Assembly: GCA_963977445.1 (NCBI GenBank)
Contig: CAXBPH010000122.1
Location: 1 to 19,454, forward strand
From: an uncultured bacterium
GTDB taxonomy: Bacteria > Hydrogenedentota > Hydrogenedentia > Hydrogenedentales > JAEUWI01
DNA length: 19,454 nt
Direction of reading: 5' to 3'
Shown: positions 16,601 to 19,454 of the stretch, in pieces
How positions within the stretch are numbered: the first letter of the stretch is position 1
Layout of the letters: the number at the start of each line of letters is the position of its first letter
Translations under genes and position numbers: made by a program
The notes under the pieces: model-generated
Seen by the model: only the letters and a program-made list of their open reading frames with translations
What the model was told of the DNA's origin: nothing
Database searches by the model: none

Positions 16601-17053
16601 TTACTGGGACGGAGAGGTGTCCAACTTGGCCTGGATAGCGTCCAGAAGGGCCTGCGACTCAGGCGTATCGGACGTTTTGCGATCATGCCAACCGGGGTAG
16701 GTCAGCAAGGTCACGCCGTAAGACTGCTTACGGGTGTCCAACGCAATATGGGTCTCGTTTTCTGAGACCGCTTCGATATCAAAGGTGTATTGATAGCGAT
16801 TGGGCTGGAGGTATCGGCGTTTCATGGGCGTGTAGGCCACAAAGGCCCCACGCTTGTCTCGCGTATAGATATCAAGCTCTTTTTCGCGAAGAATGTCTTT
16901 GACAGCTTGCCACGTGTCCTCAAAGGACGCATCCACCGAGATGTCATGGTTCTGGGCGAAGCCCGTCGTGTCGCTGGGCGCATGCACACAACCCTGAATC
17001 GCAACACTGGACATGGCCAGCATCGCCCCGGCGATTAGCATTCGTAGCTTCAT
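16601..17053 (-). CDS. Putative lipoprotein (150 aa)
   Basis: Signal peptide and lipobox-like MKLRMLIAGAMLAMSSVAIQG-C. Start at ATG 17053 after GGGAG. Confidence 0.75.
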   Translation of the reverse strand: MKLRMLIAGAMLAMSSVAIQGCVHAPSDTTGFAQNHDISVDASFEDTWQAVKDILREKELDIYTRDKRGAFVAYTPMKRRYLQPNRYQYTFDIEAVSENETHIALDTRKQSYGVTLLTYPGWHDRKTSDTPESQALLDAIQAKLDTSPSQ

Positions 17054-17133
17054 GAATATCTCCCGCATCGTAACGGTTCGTCATAGGGATTCGCGTCAAA
17101 CTATACCCCCTCGGGGGAACCCTGTGGAAGGCT

Positions 17134-17168
17134 AATCCCGCCGACCTGAATAATCAGCCGGCGGGATT
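17134..17168 (-). terminator. Hairpin downstream of tatA (putative terminator)
   Basis: AATCCCGCCG (17134-17143) / CGGCGGGATT (17159-17168) with an inner CTGA/TCAG stem; no clear U tract. Confidence 0.45.
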
Positions 17169-17188
17169 GATGCCAAAAACAATAGGGT

Positions 17189-17389
17189 TTACTCGGTCTT
17201 TTCAGCGTCAGACGGAACGTCTGCCGCAGGGGTGTCATCTTTATCTTTATCTTCGGGCTTCACCGAGGCTTTAAAGTCGTGAATCGCCGTCCCCAGCGAT
17301 TTTCCGACGCCACTCAGTTTACCGGTGCCAAAGACCAACACCACAATAATCATGATAATCGCCAATTCACCGATGCCTGGTGTCCACAT
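17189..17389 (-). CDS. tatA: Sec-independent protein translocase subunit TatA/E
   Basis: [42 protein letters not shown] helix, FG hinge, amphipathic helix ending in FK. AAGGAG RBS. Confidence 0.93.
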   Translation of the reverse strand: MWTPGIGELAIIMIIVVLVFGTGKLSGVGKSLGTAIHDFKASVKPEDKDKDDTPAADVPSDAEKTE

Positions 17390-17576
17390 GGCTTACTCCT
17401 TTTGAACTCACGGTCCTACAATCCATTACTGGATTGGCAGTTTACGCGGTGGCCCCCTTCGCCTGATGCGCACATGCCTATGCAGACCAGCGGACGCCGA
17501 TGGTCCGACAGGCACCAACAGGGCACCCGGGAGGTGATAGCTGGGGGTGCTTCACCAACGCTTCTTGATCCCCTCT

Positions 17577-17605
17577 ATTATAAGTGGTGATTCGGGGTAT
17601 TACAA
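17577..17605 (-). promoter_or_regulatory. Near-consensus sigma70 promoter upstream of tatA
   Basis: Minus strand TTGTAA (17600-17605)-N17-TATAAT (17577-17582). Confidence 0.65.
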
Positions 17606-17724
17606 GTTGAAAACCACGGGAAAAGCCCAAGACTAATTGACAGAAGAACTCACGCGCGCGAGGCCTGACTATAGGGCTTCTTACTGTAGACCTTTGAAAC
17701 GGCTCACCACGTTAGTGGCCTGTC

Positions 17725-19454
17725 CTAAAGGTGCTTTCGCCATGCCACAAGTCCCACCATTGCCAGCCCCAGGAGGAAGAAATCTCCCAGATAGCGCTTC
17801 AGTGCTGCCTTGGAGGGTGGGCAGCCGCCCGGTGACGACGGATTCAGGAAGATGGTCAACTCCGTCTCGCTCAACGATTCATCCCTATTACTATCGATTT
17901 CATTAAACTGCGATTGGGTGAGCATGGGGATTCTAGCGCGCGCTTCTTCAAAGCTAAGTCCACCGCTGTTGTCTGAATCCAGGCTCCCAAAACTTGCCGA
18001 AAGACTTGTGGCGGCCTCAGAAGTAGTCGGTAGGGTCGAATCCATAGAAATCAACAACGGAATATTGATGTCGGGATCGTCCAGTGAACGAATCGCCGCA
18101 GTGTAGTTGACTGCCGTCGCACTAACCTTATACGCCTCAAAGGGAAGGGCTTGGAAAACATAATTAGCCCCTGCGACTTCCGTAGGCAACCCGTTGGGCG
18201 GATCGACGGTTACACTTCCGCCCGAAATCCCAGAACTTGTGTCTGAATCCCGAAGACCAACCGTAAGCGTGAATACCAAACTCAGGTTCGCCGTCGCCAG
18301 GCGCGGCTCAAAGTCCACGCTACCGACAACTTTCATCTTTATCTCATCGAAATCGTCGGTGCCGAAGTTGTTTCCTTCTGCGCTGACTATTTGTATTGTA
18401 TTTCGATTGTTGATGAAGTTTCCCCCAATGCTGTCGCCACCGAGGAAGGTATTTCCCCCGCTTCCCGTGTCATCCCCCACCACAACATCGCCCATATCAG
18501 GCACAGCAGTGGCCGCCGCCCCCTTTCGTGACGTCGGCTCTACGACGAATATCGCATCTTCTTCAATCGACTCAAATCGACTTCCCCGAATCGTCGCATT
18601 GGTTTCCAACGCACGAATACCAAACTCCACATTGTGAATACTGCAATTACTGATTTCCGACGCTGACGTGCCCAACCCGGAGAGCACAATACCGACAGAA
18701 CCTTGTATATTACGACCACCAAAATCCACATTGGCCACATCCATCTCGACATCACTGATTGCCAGAACCCGCCACCCGTCACCCGTGGTCGTAGGCAACT
18801 GGATAGAGAGATCACTCATAGCGGTCTGATTCGCCGCGATCACGGCCGTCGGCTGGCCGTCACTCCTGTTTGCCAGTGTCTGCTCCGGCGTTGGCGCGAT
18901 GATGGTTGCCCCATTGTCCTCAGGGTTAACACCCTTAATGGATACAAATGGAATCAACGTTACCGCTTCCTGGAAGGTTCCTGCGCCAAGCTGAATCTCT
19001 ATCGGGTTCAGCTCCGCAGCACACCCAGATAATTGCTCCAGCGTAAATTTAATTGACGCCCAGGGCCGGTTCACGCTTCCGTTGCCGGAGGTATCTGATC
19101 CCCCATTGTCTATCGAGGAAACGTATACGATATTCCCGGCCTTCACAATCCCCTCACAAATATCTTCACCTTCACCTTCACCTTCACCTTCACCTTCTCC
19201 TTCACCTTCTCCTTCTCCTTCTCCTTCTCCTTCTCCTTCTCCTTCTCCTTCTCCTTCTCCTTCACCTTCTCCTTCACCTTCGCCTTCGCCTTCACCAGCG
19301 ATAACCTGAGCGGAAAGTTCAGCTTGAGTCAGGAAACCATCGTTATCCGTATCAATCACGTCGAACTGTACCTGAGTCAATCCAACCACGACAGACTGGG
19401 CTTCGAGTATAGATAGTTTTCCATCCAGATCTACGTCTACCGTATCAAAGGACT
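17725..19454 (-). CDS. Large surface/secreted protein, C-terminal part (EF-hand-like pairs, GE linker, DUF1565/beta-helix-like domain, C-terminal membrane anchor); 5'-truncated
   Basis: The frame stays open to the right edge (SFDTVDVDLDGKLSILEA...DTDNDGFLTQAEL). It contains VYVS...GNGSVNRPWASI...LGAGTFQE, a second EF pair (DSDNSGGLSFEE, DSNRDESLSETE), and ends GGC...LGDFFLLGLAMVGLVAWRKHL. Confidence 0.85.
   Translation of the reverse strand, partial: SFDTVDVDLDGKLSILEAQSVVVGLTQVQFDVIDTDNDGFLTQAELSAQVIAGEGEGEGEGEGEGEGEGEGEGEGEGEGEGEGEGEGEGEGEGEGEDICEGIVKAGNIVYVSSIDNGGSDTSGNGSVNRPWASIKFTLEQLSGCAAELNPIEIQLGAGTFQEAVTLIPFVSIKGVNPEDNGATIIAPTPEQTLANRSDGQPTAVIAANQTAMSDLSIQLPTTTGDGWRVLAISDVEMDVANVDFGGRNIQGSVGIVLSGLGTSASEISNCSIHNVEFGIRALETNATIRGSRFESIEEDAIFVVEPTSRKGAAATAVPDMGDVVVGDDTGSGGNTFLGGDSIGGNFINNRNTIQIVSAEGNNFGTDDFDEIKMKVVGSVDFEPRLATANLSLVFTLTVGLRDSDTSSGISGGSVTVDPPNGLPTEVAGANYVFQALPFEAYKVSATAVNYTAAIRSLDDPDINIPLLISMDSTLPTTSEAATSLSASFGSLDSDNSGGLSFEEARARIPMLTQSQFNEIDSNRDESLSETELTIFLNPSSPGGCPPSKAALKRYLGDFFLLGLAMVGLVAWRKHL
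19165..19296 (-). repeat. Hexamer tandem repeat encoding (Gly-Glu)22
   Basis: 22 units of TTC(A/T/G)CC on the + strand, i.e. GGN GAA codon pairs on the coding strand. Confidence 0.95.

Noticed and set aside
17440..17565. SRP RNA or 6S RNA
   Set aside because: It lacks the SRP domain IV CAGG-GGAA-AGCA signature on either strand and has no convincing 6S central bubble pattern.
19165..19296. CRISPR array
   Set aside because: A contiguous in-frame hexamer repeat with no spacers.

Overview
The window spans the right-hand end of an integrative defence island and the adjacent host chromosome. From 1 to about 11.3 kb on the minus strand is a BREX anti-phage operon in the order brxE-brxA-brxB-brxC-pglX. 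PglX is split into an N-terminal methyltransferase gene and an ATGA-coupled C-terminal specificity gene. The N-terminal gene is frameshifted at a C9 tract and appears to carry two large insertions. An unannotated ORF of more than 373 codons with a PD-(D/E)xK-like signature follows and runs off the left edge. pglZ and any later brx genes would lie outside the window. From about 11.9 to 15.8 kb is a mobility module: a 300-aa hypothetical protein, a Rep_trans-family initiator/relaxase with candidate origin hairpins, an excisionase-like HTH protein and a convergent tyrosine integrase with arm-type repeats. This module sits at the 3' end of an initiator tRNA-Met gene (15822-15898). Beyond the tRNA are host genes: a double-CxxC protein, a lipoprotein, tatA, and the C-terminal part of a (GE)22-repeat, EF-hand, beta-helix surface protein of a style recalled from Ca. 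Hydrogenedentota. All family assignments come from motif recognition by eye; no searches were run.
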